DNA from: Anaerolineales bacterium | GTDB lineage: Bacteria > Chloroflexota > Anaerolineae > Anaerolineales > UBA11579 | Length of the DNA: 64,000 nucleotides | Assembly: GCA_035446285.1 (NCBI GenBank) | Contig: DAOMSJ010000003.1 | Coordinates: forward strand, 70,713-134,712 | Direction: 5' to 3' | Shown: piece after piece, positions 35,369-44,356 of the stretch | How positions within the stretch are numbered: the first letter of the stretch is position 1 | How the letters are laid out: each line of letters begins with the position of its first letter | Program-made: the position numbers and the translations under genes | Notes under the pieces: generated by a model | What the model was told of the DNA's origin: nothing | Seen by the model: the letters and a program-made list of their open reading frames with translations, nothing else | Database searches by the model: none

Positions 35369-35605
35369 ATGCTGGAACGCCGCGTAGTGGACGCTATTAC
35401 CAAGCAGATCCATCGCCAGTTTCCTGAACTGGCGAATGGAGAGCCGAGTGTGCGCGCCCAGGCCAGCGCCAAGAGTGCTGGCGGGGCCACCTACCTGCTC
35501 ACCTTCCGAGGGCACGCCAGTACCAGCGAACCGCGGCTCTCACGCACGGTGCGCGTAGTGGCCGATGAACGCGGCAAAATTTTGAAAGTAACAACCTCAC
35601 GGTGA
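35369..35605 (+). CDS. Hypothetical 78-aa soluble protein, 4 nt downstream of ftsZ
   Basis: ATG at 35369. No motif recognised. Tight spacing suggests co-transcription. Confidence 0.4.
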   Translation: MLERRVVDAITKQIHRQFPELANGEPSVRAQASAKSAGGATYLLTFRGHASTSEPRLSRTVRVVADERGKILKVTTSR

Positions 35606-35609
35606 TCGT

Positions 35610-35951
35610 ATGGCCCAGGTAAGTCAATGGCTTGAATTGAAATGGTGGCAGCTGGTGGTTCAAGCCCTCAGCGCTACGCGCAGCCTAGGCGCAGCGCGCC
35701 CAGTGGGCGGCCGCGTGCTGCGTGCCGCCGCCGATGCTGCCCAGCGCGCCAACGCGCGCGCCAACAGCCGTCAAGTGCAGCAAGCCCTGCACGCCGAGTA
35801 CATTGCGGCAGACTTGTACAGCGCCGAAGATGGGCTGCGCCCCATCACCGTGTGGCAGCGTATGGCAGATAACTGGACTTTTGTGGCCCTGGCCGGCTGG
35901 ATGCTGGGGTTGGGTATTGGCCTGTGGCTGGCCGGAGCGCTGTGGGGATGA
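35610..35951 (+). CDS. Hypothetical 113-aa protein with C-terminal TM helix
   Basis: Begins 4 nt after the previous stop. Hydrophobic FVALAGWMLGLGIGLWLAGALW. Confidence 0.4.
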   Translation: MAQVSQWLELKWWQLVVQALSATRSLGAARPVGGRVLRAAADAAQRANARANSRQVQQALHAEYIAADLYSAEDGLRPITVWQRMADNWTFVALAGWMLGLGIGLWLAGALWG

Positions 35952-36562
35952 ACGGCTTACGCGTCACACGCCATTCTTTGTTCCTGGCCTTCATTGCCAT
36001 GGGGCTGGTATGCGGCCTGCTGATCGGCAGCCTGGGCAGCGCCCTGGCGGCCAGCGAAAACGCCAAGACCCCGGCTACCGAGAATACAGTGGTGGTGCTG
36101 GTGAACCAGCTCAGCGCGGCTGAGCCACAGGTGCAGAGTGTGTGGGCAGTACAACGCTCGGTACCTGGCGCCTATGAATGGACACCGCTGTACGCCGCAC
36201 CGCTCGAGCAGGCTGAGTACCCGCTAGTGCTGGCCAGCTTGAGTATGGATGCAATTATGCAACTCGTGCCGGTGCAGCAATCAGGTATGCAATTCTCTGC
36301 CTACTTTGTGCTCGATCAGGTGGCCGCGAAGAGTCTGCTGGCGCTGATGGGCACGACGCCAGAGACTGGCCTCTTGCAGCAAGCCCAAGCCATCGAGCAG
36401 GCCTGTGCCCTCCCCTGGCAAGCCGAGCATTTAGATGTATGGGTCGCCTTGATGCCTGAGCACCTGCAAAGCAGCGTCAGCGTCTTTGAGCTTATTACTC
36501 GCTGGGATGCGTGGGCACAAGGCGGCTTCACGTTGCAATGCACGCTGGCCTGGGCCGGCTAG
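35948..36562 (+). CDS. Hypothetical membrane-anchored 204-aa protein
   Basis: ATGA start/stop overlap with the preceding ORF. N-terminal anchor LFLAFIAMGLVCGLLIGSLG. Confidence 0.4.
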   Translation: MNGLRVTRHSLFLAFIAMGLVCGLLIGSLGSALAASENAKTPATENTVVVLVNQLSAAEPQVQSVWAVQRSVPGAYEWTPLYAAPLEQAEYPLVLASLSMDAIMQLVPVQQSGMQFSAYFVLDQVAAKSLLALMGTTPETGLLQQAQAIEQACALPWQAEHLDVWVALMPEHLQSSVSVFELITRWDAWAQGGFTLQCTLAWAG

Positions 36563-37095
36563 CGGCGCAAGCGGTCGCGGCTCAACAGTTGTTCGCTGAC
36601 TGAGTGGGTCATCAGAATGCCGGTGACCAAAAACAGCATGCTCAACACTTCATAAATAATCACCAGGTCTTCTGTGGGCGGCTTGTTGATGCCCAGTACA
36701 TACTGCGTAGTGATGCCTAGCAGCAAGCCCCAAACAATATGAAAGCGAAAGTTATAGACAAAGTAAGTTTCTGGCCCCAGCCATACTGACAAACGCGGGT
36801 GCAGCAAAGGCAGGGTCACCATCAGCGCCCAGAGCACCAGACATACCAATACGCCCACCAGCACATTCGGAAACAGGAAGGTGGCGGTGCGCACGCCCAC
36901 CATCAGCAGCAACCACGACTCACAAAAGCCGCGCGCTGCGCTAGCATAGCGGTTGTCGCGCCAACGCGGTGAGAGCACAATAGCCAGGGCGGTCAGGCCT
37001 AGCAAGCTACTGAGCACAAGATACAGTACAGAAGGCGTTGGCAAAATAGGCAAGAAGGCTGCCAGCAAAAAAAATGCCCAGGCTGTCCATCGCAA
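36559..37095 (-). CDS. Hypothetical polytopic membrane protein
   Basis: 178 aa with five or six hydrophobic helices. No motif recognised. Confidence 0.45.
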   Translation of the reverse strand: MRWTAWAFFLLAAFLPILPTPSVLYLVLSSLLGLTALAIVLSPRWRDNRYASAARGFCESWLLLMVGVRTATFLFPNVLVGVLVCLVLWALMVTLPLLHPRLSVWLGPETYFVYNFRFHIVWGLLLGITTQYVLGINKPPTEDLVIIYEVLSMLFLVTGILMTHSVSEQLLSRDRLRR

Positions 37096-37240
37096 TCGCT
37101 CGGGCGTGCTGGGCCTGAGGAGAGTCTTGTCTCCTCATCCCCACCCTGGCGCACCCCGTTGGTTGCCTGAAGACGGTTTGTATCCCACCATGTGCAAATC
37201 ATAACAAAGCCTGGCCGGCTGGTGAGTTGGGGCGCGGCCG

Positions 37241-37447
37241 CTAAACGGCTGGGTCAGCCTGCAGGCGCAGACAGTCCCGGTACGCCTGCAAGGCCTGGTT
37301 GACCAGGCTGCTGTGCTGGGCACGCTGGCGGTAATCGCGCAACTGGTTGCGCTGGTCCGCCAGGCGCACTACGGCAGTAGCCAGGCTTTCAGCAGCAGCT
37401 TCCGGGGTTTGCAGAGTGGTCTGTGTGTGCAGATCGGCTTTCATCAT
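37241..37447 (-). CDS. Hypothetical 68-aa helical protein
   Basis: Only ORF in a 520-nt gap, with a helical heptad-like sequence. Weak support. Confidence 0.3.
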   Translation of the reverse strand: MMKADLHTQTTLQTPEAAAESLATAVVRLADQRNQLRDYRQRAQHSSLVNQALQAYRDCLRLQADPAV

Positions 37448-37468
37448 TCACCTCACTGCCACCAGTAT

Positions 37469-37486
37469 ATAGAACGCTCGTTCTAT
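37469..37486. promoter_or_regulatory. Perfect 18-bp palindrome ATAGAACG-CT-CGTTCTAT (candidate operator)
   Basis: Read directly. Lies 22 nt upstream of the 68-aa ORF and about 130 nt upstream of the FadR/GntR-type regulator. Confidence 0.4.
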
Positions 37487-37614
37487 TGTCAAGCATGAAA
37501 AAAGCTACCAAGTCGGGTAAATTTAGTCAGCTGCGGCTTGACTCAAAGCATTCAAGGGGCTATACTTAAATCCTCATAATAATCTGATTAATAACAGCTT
37601 TAGTCAGAGGCCTT

Positions 37615-38274
37615 ATGTTAAAAGAAACCACCTCCTTCGATTTTATTAAGTACCTTGCCAACGGCAACGGTGGTGACCGCCTGCCCTCGCTCCAGGAGTT
37701 GAGCGCTGAGCACGGGGTCAGTATCTCTGTATTGCGTGAACAATTGCAGGTGGCCCGCGCGCTGGGCTTTGTTGAGGTACGCCCGCGCACCGGCATCAAA
37801 CGCCTGCCCTACACCTTCGCCCCGGCTGTGCGCGAGAGCTTGTTCTACGCCATTGACCGGGACCAAGCTGCCTTTGCCAGCTTCTCAGACGTGCGCCGCC
37901 ACCTGGAACGCGTGTATTGGTTTGAAGCGGTGCAACGCCTGACGCCTGAGGATGTTGAGCATTTACGCAGCCTGGTGAATCGCGCCCAAGGTATGCTCAA
38001 AGCCGAACCCATCCGCGTGCCGCATGCCGAGCACCGTGAGCTGCATCTGGTGATCTACCAGCATCTGCAGAACCCCTTTGTCATTGGCCTGTTAGAAGCG
38101 TACTGGGAAGCCTACGAACAAGTGGGCCTGAGCCTGTATACCGGCTTGGAGTACCAGTTGCAGGTGTGGGATTCGCACCGCCAAATTGTGGAAGCGATCG
38201 CCGAGAAAGATTTTGTGCGTGGCCACCAATTGCTCGTGGGCCACTTTGACCTCATCGACAAGCGTAACGAGTAA
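37615..38274 (+). CDS. GntR family transcriptional regulator, FadR/FCD subfamily
   Basis: N-terminal winged HTH (LPSLQELSAEHGVSISVLREQLQVARALGFVEVRPRTG) and a helical FCD-type C-domain. Confidence 0.8.
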   Translation: MLKETTSFDFIKYLANGNGGDRLPSLQELSAEHGVSISVLREQLQVARALGFVEVRPRTGIKRLPYTFAPAVRESLFYAIDRDQAAFASFSDVRRHLERVYWFEAVQRLTPEDVEHLRSLVNRAQGMLKAEPIRVPHAEHRELHLVIYQHLQNPFVIGLLEAYWEAYEQVGLSLYTGLEYQLQVWDSHRQIVEAIAEKDFVRGHQLLVGHFDLIDKRNE

Positions 38275-38330
38275 CACCCTTCAGGGTGTAACACCCATTC
38301 AGGGTGTCTCAAGTCAACCAAGGAGATGTA

Positions 38331-40157
38331 ATGGCAACACCGCAGGTGCAAGATACTCATCAAACAGGAACAGGAGGCAAAGCCGTGGTGAACGACTTTT
38401 CAATGACCGTCGCCACGAAGAACGGTTCCGGCAGCCAGACTTCGAATCTGACGCTGCTGCGCGCCCTGTTCAAGATGGGTATCCCCGTCTCGGGCAAGAA
38501 CCTGTTCCCCTCCAACATCCAGGGCCTCCCCACCTGGTACACCATTCGCCTGAGCAAGAAGGGCTACCTCGCCCGCCGCGCCGAGCACGAGATTGTTGTG
38601 GCGATGAACGAGGATACCTTTGTTGAAGACCTGGCCAGTGTGGCCCCCGGCGGCGCCTTCTATCATGGCGACCATCTGAAATTCGAGATTAAGCGCACGG
38701 ATATTTCCGTGTACTCCTTCCCGGCTAAGAAGTTCGCCAAGGAATCTGACGCCCCGGCCACCCTGCGTGACTACGTAGCCAACATGGCGTATGTAGGCGT
38801 GCTGGTGCACATGCTCGAGATCGACATGGCCAAGATCAGCGAGGCCTTGGAGTATCACTTCGACGGCAAGCAGAAGCCCATCGCCATCAACATGGGCGTC
38901 ATCGAAGCTGCCTACGAATGGGCCAAAGCGAACCTGACCAAGACCGATCCCTTCCGCGTGGAAGCAATGGATGAAACCAAGGATTACATCATGGCTGACG
39001 GCAACACCGCCGGCGCGCTGGGCTCCATCTTTGGCGGCTTGCAATTCATGGCCTGGTATCCCATCACCCCTGCCTCCAGTGTGGCTGAGGGCGTGAGCCA
39101 CAACATTGCCAAGTTCCGTGACAAAGAAGGCCAGGAAGGCAAGACCTACGGCATTGTGCAGGCTGAGGACGAATTGGCTGCCATCGGCATGGCCGTGGGG
39201 GCCGGCTGGTCTGGCTTGCGCGCCATGACCTCCACCTCCGGCCCCGGCATCAGCCTGATGACCGAGTTTGTAGGCCTGGCGGCGTATGCCGAGATCCCCG
39301 TAGTGGTCTGGGACGTGCAGCGTGTTGGCCCCAGCACGGGTTTGCCTACACGCACCTCGCAGGGTGACATCATCTCGACCTACTTCCTGGGCCACGGCGA
39401 CACCAAGCACATTTTGTTGCTGCCCGGCTCCGCCAGCGAGTGCTTTGAGTTCGGCTGGAAGTCCTTTGACATCGCCGAGCGCATGCAGACGCCTGTGTTC
39501 GTGATGAGCGACCTGGATCTGGGCATGAACACCTGGATGACCAAGCCCTTCGAATACCCCAGCACTCCGATGGACCGCGGCAAGATCCTGTGGGAAGAGG
39601 ACCTGGAGAAGCTGAGCGATTGGCAGCGCTACAAAGACATTGACGGTGATGGCATCCCCTATCGCACCGCCCCCGGCAACAAGCACCCGCGCAGCGCCTG
39701 GTTCGCCCGCGGCACCGGCCACAACGACGCCGCAAAGTACAGCGAGCGCAGCGAAGATTGGGAGCGCAACATGGCACGCCTCAAGCACAAGTTTGAGACG
39801 GCTGCCAACTACGTGCCCAAGCCTGAGGTCGTTGACAATGGAAACAAGGTTGGCATCATCTCTTACGGCTCTACCCATGAAGCAATCGTCGAAGCCCGTG
39901 ACTACCTGGCTGAAAATGGCTTAGAGACTGACTACCTGCGCTTGCGCGCCGTACCCTTCACGAATGAGGTCAAGAGCTTCATCGAGAAGCATGAGCGCAT
40001 CTATGTAGTGGAAATGAACCGTGACGGGCAGATGCACATGATTCTGCGCCTGGAGTACCCGGAGCACACCAACAAGATGGTTTCCTTGGCCAAGCATGAC
40101 GGCATGCCGCTCACTGCGAACTGGATCAAAGAAGCTGTAGAGCTTCAGGAGAAGTAG
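38331..40157 (+). CDS. korA: 2-oxoglutarate/2-oxoacid:ferredoxin oxidoreductase, alpha subunit
   Basis: Fused gamma/alpha architecture, with YPITPAS and GPSTGLPTRTSQGD motifs. Start at ATG 38331 is preceded by AAGGAG. Confidence 0.9.
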   Translation: MATPQVQDTHQTGTGGKAVVNDFSMTVATKNGSGSQTSNLTLLRALFKMGIPVSGKNLFPSNIQGLPTWYTIRLSKKGYLARRAEHEIVVAMNEDTFVEDLASVAPGGAFYHGDHLKFEIKRTDISVYSFPAKKFAKESDAPATLRDYVANMAYVGVLVHMLEIDMAKISEALEYHFDGKQKPIAINMGVIEAAYEWAKANLTKTDPFRVEAMDETKDYIMADGNTAGALGSIFGGLQFMAWYPITPASSVAEGVSHNIAKFRDKEGQEGKTYGIVQAEDELAAIGMAVGAGWSGLRAMTSTSGPGISLMTEFVGLAAYAEIPVVVWDVQRVGPSTGLPTRTSQGDIISTYFLGHGDTKHILLLPGSASECFEFGWKSFDIAERMQTPVFVMSDLDLGMNTWMTKPFEYPSTPMDRGKILWEEDLEKLSDWQRYKDIDGDGIPYRTAPGNKHPRSAWFARGTGHNDAAKYSERSEDWERNMARLKHKFETAANYVPKPEVVDNGNKVGIISYGSTHEAIVEARDYLAENGLETDYLRLRAVPFTNEVKSFIEKHERIYVVEMNRDGQMHMILRLEYPEHTNKMVSLAKHDGMPLTANWIKEAVELQEK

Positions 40158-40159
40158 AC

Positions 40160-41209
40160 ATGACTGAAACCGCACAGATGCCTAACGTACAACTCAACCT
40201 GGTTGGGATGTCGAAGAATGATTACCGCGGCGCCCCCACCACCCTGTGTGCAGGCTGTGGCCACAACTCGATCTCCAACCAGATCATTGCCGCGGCGTAT
40301 GAGCTGAACGTAGTGCCGGAAGACATGATCAAGCTGAGCGGCATTGGCTGCTCCAGCAAGAGCCCGGCCTACTTCCTGAACCGCAGCTTTGGCTTCAACA
40401 GTCTGCACGGCCGCATGCCCTCGGTGGCCACCGGCGCCATGTTTGGCGACAAGCGCATGCGCGCCCTCGCCGTCAGCGGTGATGGCGACACCACCAACAT
40501 CGGTATGGGCCAGTTCAAGCACATTATGCGCCGCAACGTGCCCATGGTTTACATCGTGGAGAACAACGGCGTATACGGCTTGACCAAGGGCCAGTTCTCC
40601 GCCACCGCGGAGAAGGGCCTGCGCCTCAAGTACCAGGGCCTGAACCCGTTCACCCCGGTAGACGTGGTTCAAGAGGCCATGGCCTCCGGCGCCACCTTTG
40701 TGGCCCGCTCGTTTGCGGGTGACGCCAACCAGGTGAAGGCGCTGATCAAGGCCGCCCTGAGCCACAATGGCCTGGCCATTCTGGACATCATCAGCCCTTG
40801 TGTCACCTTCAACAACGAAGATGACTCACGCCACTCCTACGGCTGGGGCCGTGAGCACCGCGAACCGCTGCACGACTTCACCTTCGTGCCGCGCGAGGAA
40901 GAGATCCAGCTAACCGATTTCCCCGAGGGCACCACTACCACGGTGACCCTACACGACGGAGCTAAGGTTGTGCTCAAGAAGATCGATCGCGATTACGATC
41001 CCACCAGCCGTTCGGCGGCCATGAAGCTGATCGAGGATGCCCGCAACGAGGAAGTACTGCTGACCGGCCTGGTCTACGTTGACCCCAGCCAGCCCTCCCT
41101 GACCGATGTGGCCGAGCTCTCCGAGCAGCGCCCGCTCAACCGCCTCACCGAAGCTGATCTGCGCCCGGACAAGAGCATGATCGACGTGGCTAACGCCATG
41201 ATGTTCTAA
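40160..41209 (+). CDS. korB: 2-oxoglutarate/2-oxoacid:ferredoxin oxidoreductase, beta subunit (TPP-binding)
   Basis: LCAGCGH and the GDGD...N TPP motif (VSGDGDTTNIGMGQF). Confidence 0.9.
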   Translation: MTETAQMPNVQLNLVGMSKNDYRGAPTTLCAGCGHNSISNQIIAAAYELNVVPEDMIKLSGIGCSSKSPAYFLNRSFGFNSLHGRMPSVATGAMFGDKRMRALAVSGDGDTTNIGMGQFKHIMRRNVPMVYIVENNGVYGLTKGQFSATAEKGLRLKYQGLNPFTPVDVVQEAMASGATFVARSFAGDANQVKALIKAALSHNGLAILDIISPCVTFNNEDDSRHSYGWGREHREPLHDFTFVPREEEIQLTDFPEGTTTTVTLHDGAKVVLKKIDRDYDPTSRSAAMKLIEDARNEEVLLTGLVYVDPSQPSLTDVAELSEQRPLNRLTEADLRPDKSMIDVANAMMF

Positions 41210-41235
41210 AAAGTAAACCGTTTACCAATCACGCA

Positions 41236-41273
41236 AAAAGGCTGTGCTTGCAGTTAGCAGGCACAGCCTTTTG
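41236..41273. terminator. Bidirectional terminator (korB / usp)
   Basis: aaaaa-ggctgtgc-(13 nt)-gcacagcc-ttttgc. Confidence 0.65.
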
Positions 41274-41299
41274 CATTGAGCAGGCAATTACAGGCTAGC

Positions 41300-42130
41300 T
41301 TAGCGGTTGCCAAAGACCAGCAGTGAAAGCTTGGATTTCTCAAGCACTTCTTTCGTGATGTTATCCGCCAGGATAGCCGACCAGCCGCTGCTGGCATGCC
41401 TTCCCAGCACGAGCACATCGTACTCGCCTTCTTCAGCCTCAGCCAATATTTCTTCAACCACCAACCCGTGCCGCACTTTGGGCTTAACCTGGACGCCAGC
41501 ATAAGGCTGGAAGAGTGCAATGGCCTCATCCAGCCACACACCCTCAACGGCCTTCATGTTCATCAGCTCCTCGGCAGTTGCGCTAAGCTCCCACCCACTT
41601 ACCTGATGGTCCGCTCGCATTTGCGACATTACATGCAACAGGGTCACTTCGCACCCCGCCGTCAGTATGCCGCCAGCCTTATTCAGAAAATTGGGCAGTG
41701 CTTGCGCAGCTTGAGAGCCGCCATGCAGCACAAGCAGACGCAACGGCGGCCGCGCCCCTGCGCGCACCAGCAAAACCGGGCACGGGGCATTGGCCAACAC
41801 GCGTTCGCTGGGCGGGGAAAGCAATGGCCCAAATAGAGACTCAGATTTCTCTGCGGCGAGAATAATCAGATCGCAAGCTGCTTCATACGCCAGATGAACG
41901 ATCTGCTCGGCCGGTTGCCCTAGGCGCAACTCCGTCTTGACCTCTATATTCTTCTCGGCCGCCATAGCGGCTTGTGTCTGCAACAGCTTATGCCCACGCT
42001 CACGCTCGTTCGGCGTGGCGACAACATATACCAGCGTACCTGTGGCGCCAGACCGCTGCACTAACTCCAAGCCGTACTCTAAGGCAGCCGCAGAGTGTGA
42101 GCTGGAGTAACTGGCAATTAAGACATGCAT
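41300..42130 (-). CDS. Tandem universal stress protein (two UspA domains)
   Basis: Two Usp-like halves (MHVLIASYSSSHS...LIILAAEK and LRLLVLHGGSQ...YDVLVLGRHASSG). Confidence 0.8.
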   Translation of the reverse strand: MHVLIASYSSSHSAAALEYGLELVQRSGATGTLVYVVATPNERERGHKLLQTQAAMAAEKNIEVKTELRLGQPAEQIVHLAYEAACDLIILAAEKSESLFGPLLSPPSERVLANAPCPVLLVRAGARPPLRLLVLHGGSQAAQALPNFLNKAGGILTAGCEVTLLHVMSQMRADHQVSGWELSATAEELMNMKAVEGVWLDEAIALFQPYAGVQVKPKVRHGLVVEEILAEAEEGEYDVLVLGRHASSGWSAILADNITKEVLEKSKLSLLVFGNR

Positions 42131-42140
42131 ACAACCCTCT

Positions 42141-43268
42141 CTATACAACAAGCAGCAGTAAAGGAATAACAAAAATCAACAGAATAAATACAGCCAAATT
42201 GCGGTTGTTGGCAACCAGCCAACTGACAAACTTCAGAACTGTGCGCTCATATGGCGAATACACAAAAAACAAGATAAGCGTGGATACCAAAGATATGCTG
42301 AGCATTTCTACAAGAACCACCGTGAAGGCGCGCGGGTTTCCTAGCAGCACCGCGGCCAACAAGGTGTCTATAAATGTAGTGATGTTTGCTCCCATGATGT
42401 AGGGAATCACATTCTCGCGGCGAACAAAGCCTCGCTGGCTGAGTGGCACAAGAATGGAAATGGATACGCTCACTGACATGGAGATCAGCGTGATCAATGA
42501 CCCCAGGACAAACATCACGAAGGGCTTGTACGCCAGGCTGGAGAGCTTGCCGACGGGGCTTTTCTTGATGGCCTCTGTCGGCAGTAAGTCATCAAACAAA
42601 CGGAAACTAAGCAGAATGACAGCTATCCCTACCGCGAACAGCATCCAGCCGGGCAGCACTGCATCCAGCCAACCCACAACAGGGTCAAACAAGCTTTCGA
42701 GTAGCGAAGTAACCACTGTTCCACTGCCAAGCTGTATGTTATCGACCGTATTGTTTGCAAGCAAAAGATAGCCCGGCAGCAGAGCTAGCAGGTATGTGCT
42801 GCCAGTAACAGAAAATGACATCAAGCCCATACCCAGGCTTTCTGCACGGCTGCGGCCTCGCAGCACATACACAAAGCCGATCAGGAGCACGATCAAGCTT
42901 GCCCCCAACCGGCTGCCGGTGATCATGGCAAAGGCATCCAGGTCACGCACCACACCAGCGTCAAAGAAAGTGAGCGCTGCTGCGGCTACAGGTGAACCGC
43001 TCATCACACCATACGCAAACAGCCAGCCAAAGCCCAAACTATTGGCAAAGTTTTCCAACGAGAACCATGACTGGATAAAGGGGCCGAGCTCGCGTGCGCC
43101 GGCTTTCATTAGGCTGATGGCAAGCACAAACAGCCAGAGACTTACCAAAAGAAGGGCAAGCTTGCTTATAGGCCTAAGCAGCCTGAGAAACTGCTCAGAG
43201 ACAGATGGGGCTGATTTTTTTCTGGTCAAGGGTTCAAAATTATAACGAGGCAAACGGTGTTTGAGCAT
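42141..43268 (-). CDS. Na+/phosphate cotransporter family (NptA-like) membrane protein
   Basis: Polytopic. ISLMKAGARELGP and SGSPVAAAALTF repeats resemble Na_Pi_cotrans. Start set at MLKHRLP. Confidence 0.5.
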   Translation of the reverse strand: MLKHRLPRYNFEPLTRKKSAPSVSEQFLRLLRPISKLALLLVSLWLFVLAISLMKAGARELGPFIQSWFSLENFANSLGFGWLFAYGVMSGSPVAAAALTFFDAGVVRDLDAFAMITGSRLGASLIVLLIGFVYVLRGRSRAESLGMGLMSFSVTGSTYLLALLPGYLLLANNTVDNIQLGSGTVVTSLLESLFDPVVGWLDAVLPGWMLFAVGIAVILLSFRLFDDLLPTEAIKKSPVGKLSSLAYKPFVMFVLGSLITLISMSVSVSISILVPLSQRGFVRRENVIPYIMGANITTFIDTLLAAVLLGNPRAFTVVLVEMLSISLVSTLILFFVYSPYERTVLKFVSWLVANNRNLAVFILLIFVIPLLLLVV

Positions 43269-43372
43269 TGCGTGAGCACACGCGCTACTCTTTGCGCGCA
43301 GCATGCGCCAGACTAGCAGAAGCTGTCTGCATCTGCACAAAAATAAAAAAACCGCCGCATTATACTGACGGC

Positions 43373-44356
43373 ATGTTTGAGGCAGCATCAATCGACAAGC
43401 GGCTTTCACAGCGCTTGAGCTTGCTGGAGCTGTTTGCACTCGCACTATGTGCTGCCATGGTACTCGTATTTGCCTGGTACCAGCTGCATGGTGGCAACGG
43501 AGCCTACGACCTCACCAACTATCTGCGAGCCGGCCAGGGCGATACCAGCTTTCACTTCTACGCCTCCTGGATCCTGCCACTTTACACCTTGCTGGGTTTT
43601 ATGCATCCGGTGGCCGCCTTCGTGCTCTGGAACTTAGCAAACATCGCTGGTGTCTTCGCCGCTACACGCGTGTTTGGCGGGGGAAGTAAAGCAGCCAGCG
43701 CGCTGCTGACCTACCAACTGTTTTACACGCTGTACTACGGCAACATCACCGGAGTCCTGCTAGGCGGCATGGCGCTTTGCTGGTGGGGGCTCACTCACAA
43801 GCGCTGGGGCTTAGCTGGGCTTGGACTCACGCTGCTGCTAACCAAGTTTCAGCTTGGCGTACCCTTGGGCTTGGCGCTATTGTGCTTAGCCGACCTTTCC
43901 TGGCGGGAGCGCGCATACAGCGCGGTAGTGCCCCTGCTAGCTTTGCTAGTGTCACTGGCGGCCTACCCCCACTGGCCCGTGGAGGTTATTGGCACCATCC
44001 TAAGCAATCCACCCAACGACCTTAGCAGCATTTCTCTGTGGCAGTGGCTAGGGCCATTGGCTGTGCTGCTGTGGTTGCCCGTACTTCTGCCACTTTCCAA
44101 GACCAAACGCCTTATCCTGCTGACCGCTACCACTGCCTTATCGCTGCCCTATTTTCAGCATACGGATTTGCTGGCCCTGTTTGTGCTGCCGATAGGCTGG
44201 GTTCCCTTGGCAGGGAACCTGAGCTTCTACTTGTTTGCCAAGTACTCCTGGCCTGGGCTGAAAGCACTGGCGATCATCCCCCTAGGAATCTATCTTTGGA
44301 TTGGAGTGCCAGCCACATGGCAATGGCTACAGGCACGCCTGGCCAGTAAACGATGA
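43373..44356 (+). CDS. GT-C type membrane glycosyltransferase-like protein (DUF2029/GT87-like)
   Basis: About 10 TM helices, small loops, and an N-terminal region with YDLTNYLRAG typical of DUF2029-type proteins. Confidence 0.45.
   Translation: MFEAASIDKRLSQRLSLLELFALALCAAMVLVFAWYQLHGGNGAYDLTNYLRAGQGDTSFHFYASWILPLYTLLGFMHPVAAFVLWNLANIAGVFAATRVFGGGSKAASALLTYQLFYTLYYGNITGVLLGGMALCWWGLTHKRWGLAGLGLTLLLTKFQLGVPLGLALLCLADLSWRERAYSAVVPLLALLVSLAAYPHWPVEVIGTILSNPPNDLSSISLWQWLGPLAVLLWLPVLLPLSKTKRLILLTATTALSLPYFQHTDLLALFVLPIGWVPLAGNLSFYLFAKYSWPGLKALAIIPLGIYLWIGVPATWQWLQARLASKR

Noticed and set aside
38400-39878. 492-aa ORF on the minus strand
   Set aside because: It is entirely antisense to korA, which has clear family motifs. 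The sequence is Arg/Ala/Gly/His-rich with no motifs, typical of a shadow ORF in GC-rich DNA.
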